This document shows positions 13,770-26,359 of a DNA stretch of 64,000 bases, piece after piece; positions within the stretch are counted from its first letter, which is position 1, and the number at the start of each line of letters is the position of its first letter. The stretch spans positions 81,344,001 through 81,408,000 of the forward strand of contig OZ024741.1 in the NCBI GenBank assembly GCA_964016885.1, in the 5' to 3' direction. The position numbers were made by a program, and so were the translations under genes. The notes beneath the pieces were generated by a model. It saw nothing but the letters and a program-made list of their open reading frames with translations, searched no databases and was not told the origin of the DNA. Source of the stretch: Eledone cirrhosa. Taxonomy: Eukaryota.

Positions 13770-14755
13770 GAGATGTAGTGGGATCTCAGGACGTTTAGCT
13801 AAGAATGTAGGCTTTACATGTAGCAGTTGCACCGAGACAGTAAGCCGTAAACGACCACAGGAAACAAGCACTACCAAATTCTGGGAGGGCTCGGTAGAAA
13901 CAGTAGACAGCTTTTGCTACGTGGGTAACTAAATTAGCAGTGGAGGTGGGTGTTCTGAAAGTACAGTAGCGAGAATAACAACGGGATGGAAGAAGTTGAG
14001 GGAGCTACTACCACTGCTAGCTACAAAAGGCTTTTCCCTCAAAATAAAAGGCAGACTGTATGTTGCGTGCATACAAATAGCAATGTTAGATGGTAGTGAG
14101 ACTTGGGCACTGTGTGTAGAAGACTTGCATAGGTTGGAAAGAAATGAAGCTTGCATGCTCCGATGGATGTGTAATAGTAATATATGTGAACGGCAAAGCA
14201 TAAATGAACTGAGAGAGAAACTAGGCATAAGAGGAATCAAATGTTATAGGGCAAGAGGGGAGATTACGTTGGTATGGACATGTGATGTGTATGAAAGATG
14301 ACAGCTACATAAAAAGATGCCGAGCGCTCAAATTTGATGGAGGCCTTGGAGTGTGAAGACCCAGGAAGACTTGGGATGAGGTGGTAAAAGCTGACTTTGC
14401 CCAATCACACCTCTCAAAGGTTATGCAGTAATACAGAAGACCCGACTTCCGACAGGCACAAGCTGAAGCAAATATACAGTATGCCCCACCTTCCCACTGT
14501 AAAGTGTTTGTGTAGGTGTCACAACAAAAATCACCCAGTCCACACTGTAAAGTAGTTGTGTAGGCGTCACAACAAAAAGCACCCAGTACTCACTGTAAAT
14601 GATGTTGGCATTAGGAAGGGCATCCAGCTGTAGAAACCAAGTCAAAATCAGTTCCGTATAAGCAAGGCATGGTTACCTGACTTAACATTGCCCACAACAG
14701 GACAATTTGTCTAACCCTTGCTGGCGTGAAAAATGGATGTTAAACAATGATGAAG
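13770..14755 (+). mobile_element. Degraded RTE LINE, family A-like
   Basis: RELLPLLATKGFSLKIKGRLY...GSETWA...MLRWMC with frameshifts; 3' UTR subrepeats. Confidence 0.85.
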
Positions 14756-15517
14756 TCATAATCATAGCAACCTTCCTGATGATGGTGAGTTACATAAATC
14801 ATCACCCAATCATAGAAAACCTGCCAAACAAAGAGATCTTAGCTTAATATAAGCTGCTTCAACACAGGTGTTGTTACTATGAAGAATAGTTGAATAGGTT
14901 GGGCATATAAGCCCCTGGAGATTGAAAAAGTGGCTGGTTTAGCCTGTAGAAATTGCTCAGCCACACATATATATATCAGCAGACAAATTCATGCCAGCAT
15001 AGAGAAAGCACTCTAAAATCAATGATGTGTGTGTGTTTGTATAGAAACACACACACATACACAGTTCTAATTTTAATCATGAATGAAGTCAGCTGTTCAT
15101 ATTTTTCCCATTGAAATAATTTTATGTTGGCCAACATTCTATAGATCCACACTAGCTAGTTTGATAATAATGATAATAATAATAAAGTGATTAGACTATA
15201 TGAGAAGAAGACTGATAGGAAGAGAGAGAGAGATAGTGTGAGAGGAAGAGAGAGATAGGGAGAGAGGAAGAGAAAGATAGTGTGAGAGGAAGAGAGAGAT
15301 AGGGTGAGGAGAGAGATAGGGTGAGGAGAGAGACAGGGTGAGAAGGAGAGAGATAGAGTAAAAGAAAGAGAGAGTGGGAGATCCATCCAACCTTTGCTAG
15401 CAGGCAAAGTGGATGTTAGATGATGATATATGTATATATTTATATATACAAAAATATATATACATACACACATATATATATACACCCATAAAAATAAATG
15501 GAGAGAAATAAAGCAAC

Positions 15518-15877
15518 CATGTTTCATTGGATGTGCAATGTAAATGTGAGAGAAAGTCAGAGCTTGAATGAGCTGAGAGAAATGTTGGGCTTAAGGGGAA
15601 TCTAAGATGGTGTGCAGGAGAGAAGACTGCATTGGTATGGACATGAGATGTACATGGAAATTGACCTTTGGGCGAAGAAATGCCAGGAAATACCAATGGA
15701 AGGAAGTCGCAATAAAGGACGACCAAGAAAAACTTGGGCAGAGGTTGTGAGAGTGAACCTCAAATCGCTAAGACTGCCAGAGGAGATGACGAAGGAATCC
15801 GACGAAGGAATGCGACAAATAGGTTGAGTAGGACCCATGCAAGCATGGAAAAATGGACATAAAAACGATGATGATGA
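15518..15877 (+). mobile_element. Degraded RTE LINE 3' fragment, family B
   Basis: RRLHWYGH...GRPRKTWAEVV; (GAT)n tail. Confidence 0.85.
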
Positions 15878-16796
15878 TAATAATATACATATATATATAT
15901 ACACACACACAAACACACACACAGAAACACACACACACTAAAACATACACACACAAGTATAGATGCATGAAAGTGTATACACATATAAAGCAGTTGACTT
16001 TTCTTCATTACGCCCCTTCATTCCCTGATAAATACACATATATGGGTGTGTGTGTATACATGTCTGTTGTAAACAAATTGGTCTGTATGTATTGGAAACA
16101 TTTTAAAAGCTTTTATAGTAAAAATCATGTGAAAGAAAAGGTGCATAAAAGATCAAATGAAACAGAACCAATATATATATTTATATATATATATATATAT
16201 ATATATAATCACAAACACACACATATATATATATATAAAGGTATGTGTGTTGGAGTAAGAAAATATAGGGCAAACAAAGTAATGAATTGAGTGGGAATGT
16301 GAAGGAAAGGGAAATTGAAAAAAAAAAGAGAGGGTGAAAGAGAGAGACTGTGTACAAAGGAGTGAAAGAAATTGTCTTCAAAGGTTGAAGAAATCATCAA
16401 TGATGGGGGAAAAGGATAAAGAAAAAAAAAAGAAAAGCGAGCTGAACATAAACATGAACAAAAAAAAAACAGGATGACAGTTGTTACTGCTCACACCTAT
16501 GTAGGTTTAGCTCATTTCATCTGAGGTTGTGTCTCATAGGAGGTTTCTTGTGTGTTGTAATGATAGGAACCACAGTCCTATCATATGTATGTGTGTGAGG
16601 AGGGATATGTGTATATATTTACAGTGGAACCTCGGTTCACGAACTTAATTGCATCATAGGCTTTTTATGTTTTTATGATAGGAAATCTAGTCCCATCATG
16701 AAAAGCATTGTGAAACAAAGCATCTTACTTCAGAACAAAATGCATCGCCTGATCCAGGAACTGAACCCACGGCCTTAACCACTAAGCTCATGTACT

Positions 16797-16837
<41 letters not shown>

Positions 16838-17047
16838 TCTTATTACTCTAAGGACCTACCTTATCGAGTGCTTTGCTAACTCATCATTTCATATAAGTAG
16901 GCCGAATTTGCTTGCAAACCGCCAGAGATTCGAGATTCGAGATTCGATTTCACTAAATTTCCAATTATATATATATATATATATATTTTTTTTAAATATA
17001 TATATATATGTATATATTAAATATATATATATATGTATATATATATA

Positions 17048-17392
17048 AGTTATTCCGGTTTGAATCGGAGGTAACCACAGTAAGTAAGGTTCTCAATACA
17101 TAGAGTATAAAAGTTTTAATATAGAAGAGCTTCTACAGGACTAGAACTGTTTCATTCGTGAGAAATCAGTATTCTTCCTGCCTTTGTTAATACTATAGCT
17201 TTAAAGAATTAGCTTTTAACGAACTCCCTTTTCTTTAAATCCTTCAACCAATGACCTACACCCATCCCAATCCTCTCCTACCACCAGAAAAGAAAAGATA
17301 TAAATACCACTACTTACTTGGACAGCCAGCTCCCTGATGATTTCTCACGAATGAAACAGTTCTAGTCCTGTAGAAGCTCTTCTATATTAAAA
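17048..17392. mobile_element. Penelope-type mini element with inverted 55-bp arms (17114-17168 / 17338-17392), inserted in (TA)n
   Basis: Arms are exact reverse complements. Related copies at 25821-25947 and 43736-43836. Confidence 0.65.
17328..17378 (+). ncRNA. Type I hammerhead ribozyme motif
   Basis: agctcc CTGATGA tttc-tcac-gaat GAAA cag-ttctagtc-ctg TA gaagct. Stem III ACAG/CTGT, GUA triplet, stem I 5/6 paired; stem II weak. Confidence 0.65.
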
Positions 17393-17524
17393 ATATATAT
17401 ATAATCAGTTCCCGTATGAGCAAGACAAGGTCAGCCGACCGGACACTGCCCACAACAGGACAACCCGTCTAACCCACGCTAGCGTGGAAGAACGGACGTA
17501 AAACGGTGATGATGATGATATATA

Positions 17525-17620
17525 CTAGACCACCCGTGACCTGTTGGGTCATGTTCATTTCAAAATATTTAAAAAAATCATGTTCACTTAAAAATAATTT
17601 TTAAATAATTAAAATATACA
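17525..17620 (-). mobile_element. Helitron 3' end fragment
   Basis: Reverse complement of 55385-55479, including the gtgacc/ggtcac-type hairpin and CTAG|T. Confidence 0.7.
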
Positions 17621-17628
17621 ATATAAAT

Positions 17629-17768
17629 GGAGGCACATGGCTTAGTGGTTAGAGCATTGGCCTTGCAATCGAAAGGTTGTGAGTTCAATTCTCGAACCGA
17701 GTGATGTGTTGTTTCCTTGAGCAAGACACTTTATTTCACATTGCTCCAGTTTACTCAGCTGTAGAAAT
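17629..17768 (+). mobile_element. Family-1 CORE SINE, 3'-truncated
   Basis: Same tRNA head and CORE as 11457. Confidence 0.85.
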
Positions 17769-18387
17769 ATGAAATAAAAAATGAAATTAACAGCTATGCA
17801 GATTTATCTGTCATACTACACGATTGAATCTCCCAGGAGGTTTTCAGTGTTTTAATGCTAGGAGCCCCAGTCTACTGTTTGATACCAAATCATCCTAAAC
17901 CAGCTCTGGTTCTAATGAAGAAAAAGAAAAATGTATGTTTCAAAAATAATTTTATATAAGAGCCGTATGTTAAGTTACTATCTTTAGTTATGAAATAAAA
18001 TTTTAGTACAACCGTCAAAAATCTTCATTGATTAATTGAAAGATTATTTTGTTAAAAATTCGGTCAAAGACGGATTAAAGAGTAATTATTTTTGAAAGGA
18101 GATGAGCTGAATGCTAAAAAATCTGCTGCCTCTTGCAGTATAAACTATTTTTCAGGGTTTCAAATTTCAGAGTGATCAACTTCCTTTTCATTCCTTCTGG
18201 CTGAGTTGGCAAACAATAAAAGAATTGGTACAGGCATGACTGTGGTTAATGAGTTCACTTCGCATCTATGCGGTTTGTGGTTCAGTCCCAAAGCATGGCA
18301 GCCATGAAAAGTAACTTCTATTAGATACCCAAGTTGACCAATGCCTTGTGGGGAAAATATGATAGATAAAAATTGTGGAGACACTAG

Positions 18388-18449
<62 letters not shown>

Positions 18450-19829
18450 TGGTTGGTGATAGAAAGGGCATCCAGTTGTAGAAAACTTGCCAAACAAAGG
18501 GGTTGGGAGGACCTTTCAATTGTGTCAAAGACATGATTAATGTACTTGGTAAAGCATGGAAATGCATGTGTATATATATATATATATATATAAGAATTGG
18601 TGTACTGTATTACTGCTCACACATGCACACGCAAATATATAACGTGTGTGGCCCCGGACATCTAAGAGCATTAAATATTTACTATTGGTCCACCTTGTAC
18701 GACTTTCTGCCACCCGTCCCTGAAAGGGCATTGTTCAAAACATCTATTCCACCCATGCCAACAAGGAAAAGTGGATGTAAAAATGATGATAAATAAATAG
18801 TATATACAAATATAGGTATGTATATAATATATATATATTTATTACACTAACTATACTGTCGTTTAGGTTCAGGTGTTTCTTTGGCTGCCTATTTCATGTT
18901 CTTCAGAGCCAGGCCCCAAATCTTCAGCCTGTATTGACACCATTGAGAGATGTCCCAACTTCGGTTATTCTTTACCAAATAACAATACACTATAAATTTG
19001 TGTGCGTGTGTGTGTATAAATATATATATAAATGTATATATACACATACATGGACAGAGTTTGTGAGAGCTGACCTCGAATCAATGACTCACAGAGGAGA
19101 TGACAAACACACACATACCCATGAGAGCATGGAAAATAGACCTTAAATGGTGGTGAGGATATGAAATGAAATTTTTAGCACACACCTATTCATAATAAGT
19201 AAGGCGAAATGAAATGGTTTGCTCAAGAAAACAACACACAACCTTCACCAGGAAGTGAACCCACAAACTTATGATTGTAAGGCTAACACTGACCACTAAA
19301 CCTCATACGCACATGTATATGTGTCTGTGTGAGTGTATTTACATGTCAATACATATCCCATGATATTGGTGGGTTAAGCATTAATGATAAAATATGCATC
19401 AGATGTAAAATAAAAATTAAAAAAATGTAACCAGGTGAATACAACTGACTAAATTTTTCAATACAGTGCCCAAGCATGGCCAGAGTCAAATTATTGAAAT
19501 CAGTGAAAGAGCAAAGAAAAGAGAATAGGTGGAGTAAAGAGCTACAAAAGTGGTAGAAGTATTGTAGATAACAATGAGATAGGCAAGGGGGAGAGGAATG
19601 TGTGATTATAATGAAGGCAACGTGTCATATTCCTAAAGGTGGCCACACTTGTGTGCGTGTGTATATATATATATACACATACACACACACATATATACAT
19701 ATGTATATATAGACACATATACACATATGTATACATACGCACACACACATATATATATACATACACACACACATATACATACACACACATATATAAACAC
19801 ACACACACATACATACACACACACACACA

Positions 19830-19874
<45 letters not shown>

Positions 19875-20127
19875 ATGTATACACATACCTAAACATATAG
19901 ATATACATATTTATATACACATATACACATACCTAAACATATACACACACATATATACAAATATATATATACATATACACACACACATACATACAGCTCT
20001 ACTGACAGCCTGACTGTGGGAAGAGCACAAATCAAAGAAGCACTGGATATAAGGAAAGAAGCAGAGTAAGTATATTAGTGAAAGTAGAGGATGTACAGCG
20101 AGCTTGGCATATATATATTTATGTGTA

Positions 20128-20179
<52 letters not shown>

Positions 20180-20228
20180 TGGAATTAAATAATCAAAACC
20201 ATAGCAGTATGTCGCATATCAAATCTTA

Positions 20229-20291
20229 TATTTTGTCTGATGAAAACGTACTTAAACACCATTCTACTTTTGAAATATGTATAATAAAATA
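20229..20291 (+). ncRNA. Minimal type I hammerhead ribozyme motif in a TA-flanked mini element (~20179-20340)
   Basis: tattttgt CTGATGA aaacgta...tactttt GAAA tatgta TA ataaaata. 8-bp stem I; self-complementary stem III. Confidence 0.75.
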
Positions 20292-20534
20292 TATATTTTG
20301 ATTATGAGAATATTTTTCATTTATTAATATTTTGAATAATATATATATATTATATATATATATGTGTGTGTTAACCTAATATATCCCTTCCATATACTGA
20401 ACCGATTGCGTTGTTATTTCTGTTTACCTTTTACATTATATAATGTATATCATTATATATTTTACATTATGTTTACCTTTTACATTATATAATGTATATC
20501 ATTTAAGAATACATTATATAGGGACTGGGGTTCA

Positions 20535-20682
20535 TATCATCTCATTTCTACAGCTGAGTAAACTGGAGCAATGTGAAATAAAGTGTGTTGTTCAAGGAAA
20601 CAACACATCACCCAGTCTGAGAATTGAACTCACAACCTTTCGATTGCAAGGCCAATGCTCTAACCACTAAGCATGTGCCTCC
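20535..20682 (-). mobile_element. Family-1 CORE SINE, partial, head-to-head with the 20915 copy
   Basis: Reverse complement of the SINE head and CORE. Confidence 0.85.
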
Positions 20683-20684
20683 AT

Positions 20685-20715
<31 letters not shown>

Positions 20716-20718
20716 CAT

Positions 20719-20749
<31 letters not shown>

Positions 20750-20914
20750 TATATAAATATATATATACATATATATACATTATATATATATATATATACA
20801 TATATATACATTATATAAATATATATATACATATAAATATATATATATATATATATACATACATATTATATATATATACATATATATACATTATATAAAT
20901 ATATATATACATAT

Positions 20915-21252
20915 GGAGGCATATGGCTTAGTGGTTAGAGCATTGGCCTTGCAATCGAAAGATTGTGAGTTCAATTCTCAGACTGGGTGATGTGTTGTTT
21001 CCTTGAGCAAGACACTTTATTTCACATTGGTCCAGTTTACTCAGCTGTAGAAATGAGATGATAGGGACTGGGGTCCATATCATTCCACTGCAAAGTGGTT
21101 GTGGAGGTGCCACGGCAAAAAAGCACCCAGCACTCACTGTAAATGAGGTTGGTGTTAGGAAGGGCATCCAGCTGTAGAAATCAAGCCAGAATCAGTTCCC
21201 GTCCCACCCTTGCAAGCAGGGAAAAGCGGACGTAAAATGAAATGATGATGAT
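20915..21252 (+). mobile_element. Family-1 CORE SINE, full length
   Basis: Near-identical to 11457-11793. Confidence 0.9.
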
Positions 21253-21285
21253 ATGATAAATATATATATATATATATATACATAT

Positions 21286-21324
<39 letters not shown>

Positions 21325-22020
21325 TAAATAAATGCATATGTATATATATATACACACATATCATCATCATCATTTAACGTCCATCTTCCACGCTAGCATG
21401 GGTTAGACGGTTTTGTTCCATTTGATGCGGGATTGGTCGGGAGACCGTGTCTCGCTCATACGGAACTGTCTGTGGCAGGTTTTCTACGGCTGGATGCCAT
21501 TCCTAACACCAACCACATTTACATGTGTGCGTGTGTGTATATATATATATATACATATATATATATAATACATATGTATATATACACACACATTTATAGA
21601 TGTCCATATATATATACGCACACACATACTTGTATATATAAATACAAACACACACATGTATATATATATGTACACACATGTGTATATATATATACACACG
21701 TATATATATATACACACGTATATATATATACACACGTATATATATATATAGACACACACATATATATATATAAACACACACACACATATATATATATACA
21801 CATCATCATACTCATTTAACATCTGCTTACTCTGTTAGCAAGTGTTAGACGGGTCTATATAGAACAAGTCAGTACTGAAGCAGGGCTACTGACCCCCTAG
21901 CCAACCGAAGGGGTCTGTATTCCACTTATGTATCAAGTGCAGAGAAGAAAGTGAAGGGTCCTCCTAACCCCTATACATGTATATATATATCTATGTATGT
22001 GTATATATATATATATATAT

Positions 22021-22881
22021 TGGAAAAAGTTCAGAGAGCTTATACCACTATTAGCTGCTAAAGGGTTCTCCCTAAAACTGAAAGGCAGGTTGTACGATGC
22101 CTGCATACGAACAGCAATGTTGCATGGTAGTGAGACCTGGGCATTGTGTGCAGAGGATATACGCAGACTAGAGAGGAACGAAGCTTGCATGCTCCGCTGG
22201 ATGTGTAACAGTAATATACGTGAACGGCAAAGCATAAACGAACTAAGGAAAAAATTAGAGATAAGAGGGATCAGATGTTGTTTACTCGAGAGAAGGCTGC
22301 GTTGGTATGGACACGTGATGCGCATGAAAGTCGATAGCTGTATTACAAAGTGCAGGGCAATAAAGATAGACGGTAGCCACGGAATAGGCAGACCTAGAAA
22401 AACATGGGATGAGCTGATAAACTCCGACCTCACACACTTACACCTCTCCAAGACAATGTCACTGGACCGAGACCTTTGGCGGTACTCAGTAACAGAGAAG
22501 ACCCGCCTTGCCAGTAGGCATCTCTAACAAAATACACCCCGTCCCGCCACCACCCCCACCCCATCCACACCACCCCGTTCTATGTAAAGTTATGTTGGTG
22601 CCGCGCCATCCAGGCCGAAACAAATGAGATCGTGTAGGTGTCACGACAAAAAAAACACACAGTCCACGCTGTAATGTGGCCGTGTAGGCAACACGGTAAA
22701 AACCTCCCAGACCCACACTGTAAATGTGGTTGGTGTTAGGAAGGGCATCCAACTGTAGAAAACCTGCCAGACAGTCCTATGCGAGCAAGACAAATCACTC
22801 TTGCCTCAAGTGGGACTACCCCCGTCCAAACCCATGCAAGCGTGGAACACGGACGTTAAACGTTGATGATGATGATGATGA
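22021..22881 (+). mobile_element. 5'-truncated RTE LINE, family A, young copy
   Basis: Uninterrupted WKKFRELIPLL...GSETWA...RLRWYGHV...GRPRKTW; starts directly after (TA)n; (GAT)n tail. Confidence 0.92.
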
Positions 22882-22885
22882 TATA

Positions 22886-23110
22886 TCATGACGTGGAGGT
22901 GGATGTCTTCAAGAAACATCTCGACACCTTGTTATCCAGGATCCTGGATGAGCCCACAGCAAGACACGAGGGAAACCTAAGGGCAGCAGCAACAAACTCC
23001 CTCTTACACCAGTGACCAACCTATACAGGCTGGAGATAAAATGTGTAGCAACAAGGGCGGTGCCCCAACATGGCCTCAGCCGGATGGCTGAAACAGGTAA
23101 AAGAGTAAAA
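22886..23110 (+). mobile_element. CR1/L2-type LINE extreme 3' fragment
   Basis: VDVFKKHLDTLLSRILDEP...RAAATNSL, then the ggcggtgcccc...gtaaaagagtaaaag tail. Confidence 0.7.
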
Positions 23111-23842
23111 GTGTATATATATATATTCAATTATATTTTGTGGTTCACCATTGGATTGAACTTGCCATTTTGTGTAGTTAACTACAATGCAATAGGAAAC
23201 GTACTCTACATTACGCATCTCATCCACCTTTGATCTTGAATCCCATGGCCGTAGCAGGAACAAAGTTAAATATTAATTTGTTTAAAATATTAAGAGGCCA
23301 GACTGGTGATATCCCTTTTAAGTTTTATTCTTGCAAAAAATATAATATATATATTTCAATGGCCTGGTGACATGGGTCAGGAGTGGATTGCACCCTAATT
23401 AGTTTCCCGTCTTTTCTTTCAAAATACAAACACACATAAATGTGAACTCGATTACTTTCCCTCAATCAATTATTTTAATGACACATTGACACTAAGCTTG
23501 TAACTAATATATATTTATAGGTACATTTAGTCTTATTTTTTCTTAATGTATTTCTCGTAATTCATTTTTCTTCACTTATGTAATCAAGCCAACTCTCATT
23601 ACTTTTTATAAACTTTTATAACTTTTTATAACCCTCTTGACTTTCATATATGCCGAGGTTAACTTTGCCTTTCATCCTACGGGGTCGATAAAATAAAGTA
23701 CCAGTAATACACTGAGAAATTGCTGGCCTTGTGCCAAAAGTAGAAACAATTATATATATATGTGTATGTGTGTGTGTGTGTGTGTATATTTTTATATATG
23801 AGTGCGTGGATGGGAGTGTGTATGTATATATGTATGTACATA

Positions 23843-24231
23843 TGGAGAGGAATGAAGCAAGCATGCACCGTTGGATGTGCAATATCAATGTGCGTGAACG
23901 ACCAAGCATAGATGAGTTGAGAGAGAAACTGGGTATAAGAGGGATAAGTTGTGGTGTGCGGGAGAGCAGATTGAGATGGTATGGACATGTGATGCGCATG
24001 AAGGATGACCACTGGGTAAAGAAGTGCCAAGAAATCCCAGTAGAAGGAAGACGCAGTAGAGGAAGACCACGAAAAACATGGGTGGAGGTTGTGAGAGCAG
24101 ACCTCAGATCGCTGAAGCTCAAAGAGGAGATGATGAAGGACTGTGACAAGTGGAGAGATGCTGTGCTGAATAGGACCCGCCCCACCCTTGCAAGCAGGGA
24201 AAAGCGGACGTAAAATGATGATGATGATGAT
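23843..24231 (+). mobile_element. RTE LINE 3' fragment, family B
   Basis: ERNEASMHRWMC...RLRWYGHV...GRPRKTW...NRTRPTLASREKRT*; (GAT)n tail. Confidence 0.9.
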
Positions 24232-24924
24232 GTGTGTGTGTGTGTGTGTGTATGTATATATATATGAAACTCAGGAGATCCAGTCAAAGGGCAAAAGCAT
24301 CGATTCTTTGCTTAAACTTTAATCTGTACATATAATAAATATTTGCTCTACAGGTTTTTTATATACATATATATAATCCTTATCGAGCCCTCTTCGGATT
24401 TAAGTCTTCACATTTATTATTACTATATATATATAATATATATATATATATATACATACACATATATATATATAGAGAGAGAGAGAGGTTTGGGTATAAA
24501 AGCAGGGGAAAAAGCAAAGCAAAATACATGGGTAAAGTGATGTACATTTTATTATAGCTGTGAAACTATACCAGTGACTCCGTAATGAGGGATTTCTTGC
24601 ATAAATGCACTCTCCAAACTGGCCAATACCAAGTTACAGCTCTAATACACATATAGTGAGACAGAGAGAGAGAGGGGGCGATAATGAGGGTGAAAGAATG
24701 AGAGATTGATGGATACAAAAGAAAAAAACAAAACTACATCTTTTACTCACAATAAAATATGACTTTCACTAAGGCTTTTAGGTGCCCATGCAGTTGAGAA
24801 CAAATAACAGGAGCTTCTTAACTCTCCCTCTCCTGATCTTGCAGAACATCCAGCTGGGTGGAGAGAGGGCTAGCAATATACATATATATATATATATATA
24901 TATACGTTCATACATACATATAAA

Positions 24925-25258
24925 GAACCCATTTGGTCACAAATGTCCATGGGATTTGCACCTAGAAAGTTCCCCTCAGAGGCAAATGTCCGGGCAAAGT
25001 TGTTTTGTGGAAGATCAGCAGTCGCCCATACATACCAGTCTCCCTCTCCATGCCACCGATTTTGTCCAAGGGAAAGGCTATGGCTGATACAGCTTGGCAC
25101 CAGTAATGTTGCAACTCAATTTCTACAGCCGAGTGAACTGAAGCAATATGAAATAAAGTGTCTTGCTCAAGAACACAACGAAAAGCCCGCTCTGAGTATT
25201 GAACTCTCAACCTCACGATTATAAGTTAGACGCTCCAATCCCTAAGCCATGCGCCTGC
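24925..25258 (-). mobile_element. CORE-SINE variant with a different body
   Basis: Reverse complement carries the tRNA head (tggcttaggg...gagttcaatac) and ttcttgagcaagacactttatttca. Confidence 0.65.
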
Positions 25259-25317
25259 ACATACAGATACACCCATCTATCCAAATACATTCATACATAC
25301 GTATATATATATATATG

Positions 25318-25811
25318 AAAAACCTGGGACGATCTGATAAATTCCGACCTTACACACTTGCACCTCTCTAAGACACTGTCACTGAACCGAGATCTTTGGC
25401 ACTACGCAGTAATACAGAAGAACCGCCTTGCCTATGTACAAAGCGAAACCTACAGTCAGTAGGCACCTCTTAACCAAATATACACCCCAATCCACTACCC
25501 CTACCCTCCCACTCCCACCAACACCACCCTCTCTCTGTAAAGTTGGTACCACAACATTCAGTTCAAATAAATGAGATAATGAGATCGAGATCGTGTAGGT
25601 GTCACGACAAAAAAAACACAGTCCACGCTGTAATGTGGTTGTGTAGGTAACACGGTAAAAAGTTCCCAGTGCCATACTGTAAATGTGGTTGGTGTTAGGA
25701 AGGGCATCTAGCCGTAGAAAACCTACCAGATAGTCCTATATGAGCGAGACACAGTCACCCGACCAACCTTGCCTCAAGTGGGACAACCCATGCTAGCATG
25801 GAAGATGATGA
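25318..25811 (+). mobile_element. RTE family A 3' fragment (variant UTR)
   Basis: Begins KTWDDLINSDL; shares UTR motifs with 22021-22881. Confidence 0.8.
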
Positions 25812-25944
25812 TATATATATAGAGGCTTCCTGATGATTTCTCCCGAATCTAGTCCTGTAGAAGCCTTTCTATATTAAATACTTATACTCTGCTTTGTATT
25901 GAGTACCGTACTTACTGTGGTTACCCCCGATTGAACCAAGGGTT

Positions 25945-25982
<38 letters not shown>

Positions 25983-26359
25983 TACAAATATATACATGTT
26001 TCTACTTACCATATATATATATATACATGCATATGCATATATATATATATGCATGCATATACATACATAGATATACATGCATATATATATACATGCATAT
26101 ACATATACATGCATATACATACATATATATATATAAATGCATATAGATACATATATATATACATGCAAACACATGATGTATATATGTATACATACATACG
26201 ACGATTAATATCTATCTTCCATGCTACCATGGGTTAGATGGGTTTGTCCCAATTAGAGGCAAGTTGAGTCGGGTGACCGTGTCACGCTCATATAGGAGAG
26301 TTTCTGGCTGGTTCTCTCCGGCTGGATGCCCTTCCTAATGCCAATATATATATATATAT

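Noticed and set aside
14776-14820. CTGATGA followed by a ggtga/tcacc hairpin
   Set aside because: No correctly placed GAAA, stem III or stem I.
18883-18930. Minus-strand ggct CTGAAGA acat GAAA taggc agcc, hammerhead-like
   Set aside because: It lacks the UH cleavage site and a proper stem II; at best a decayed copy.
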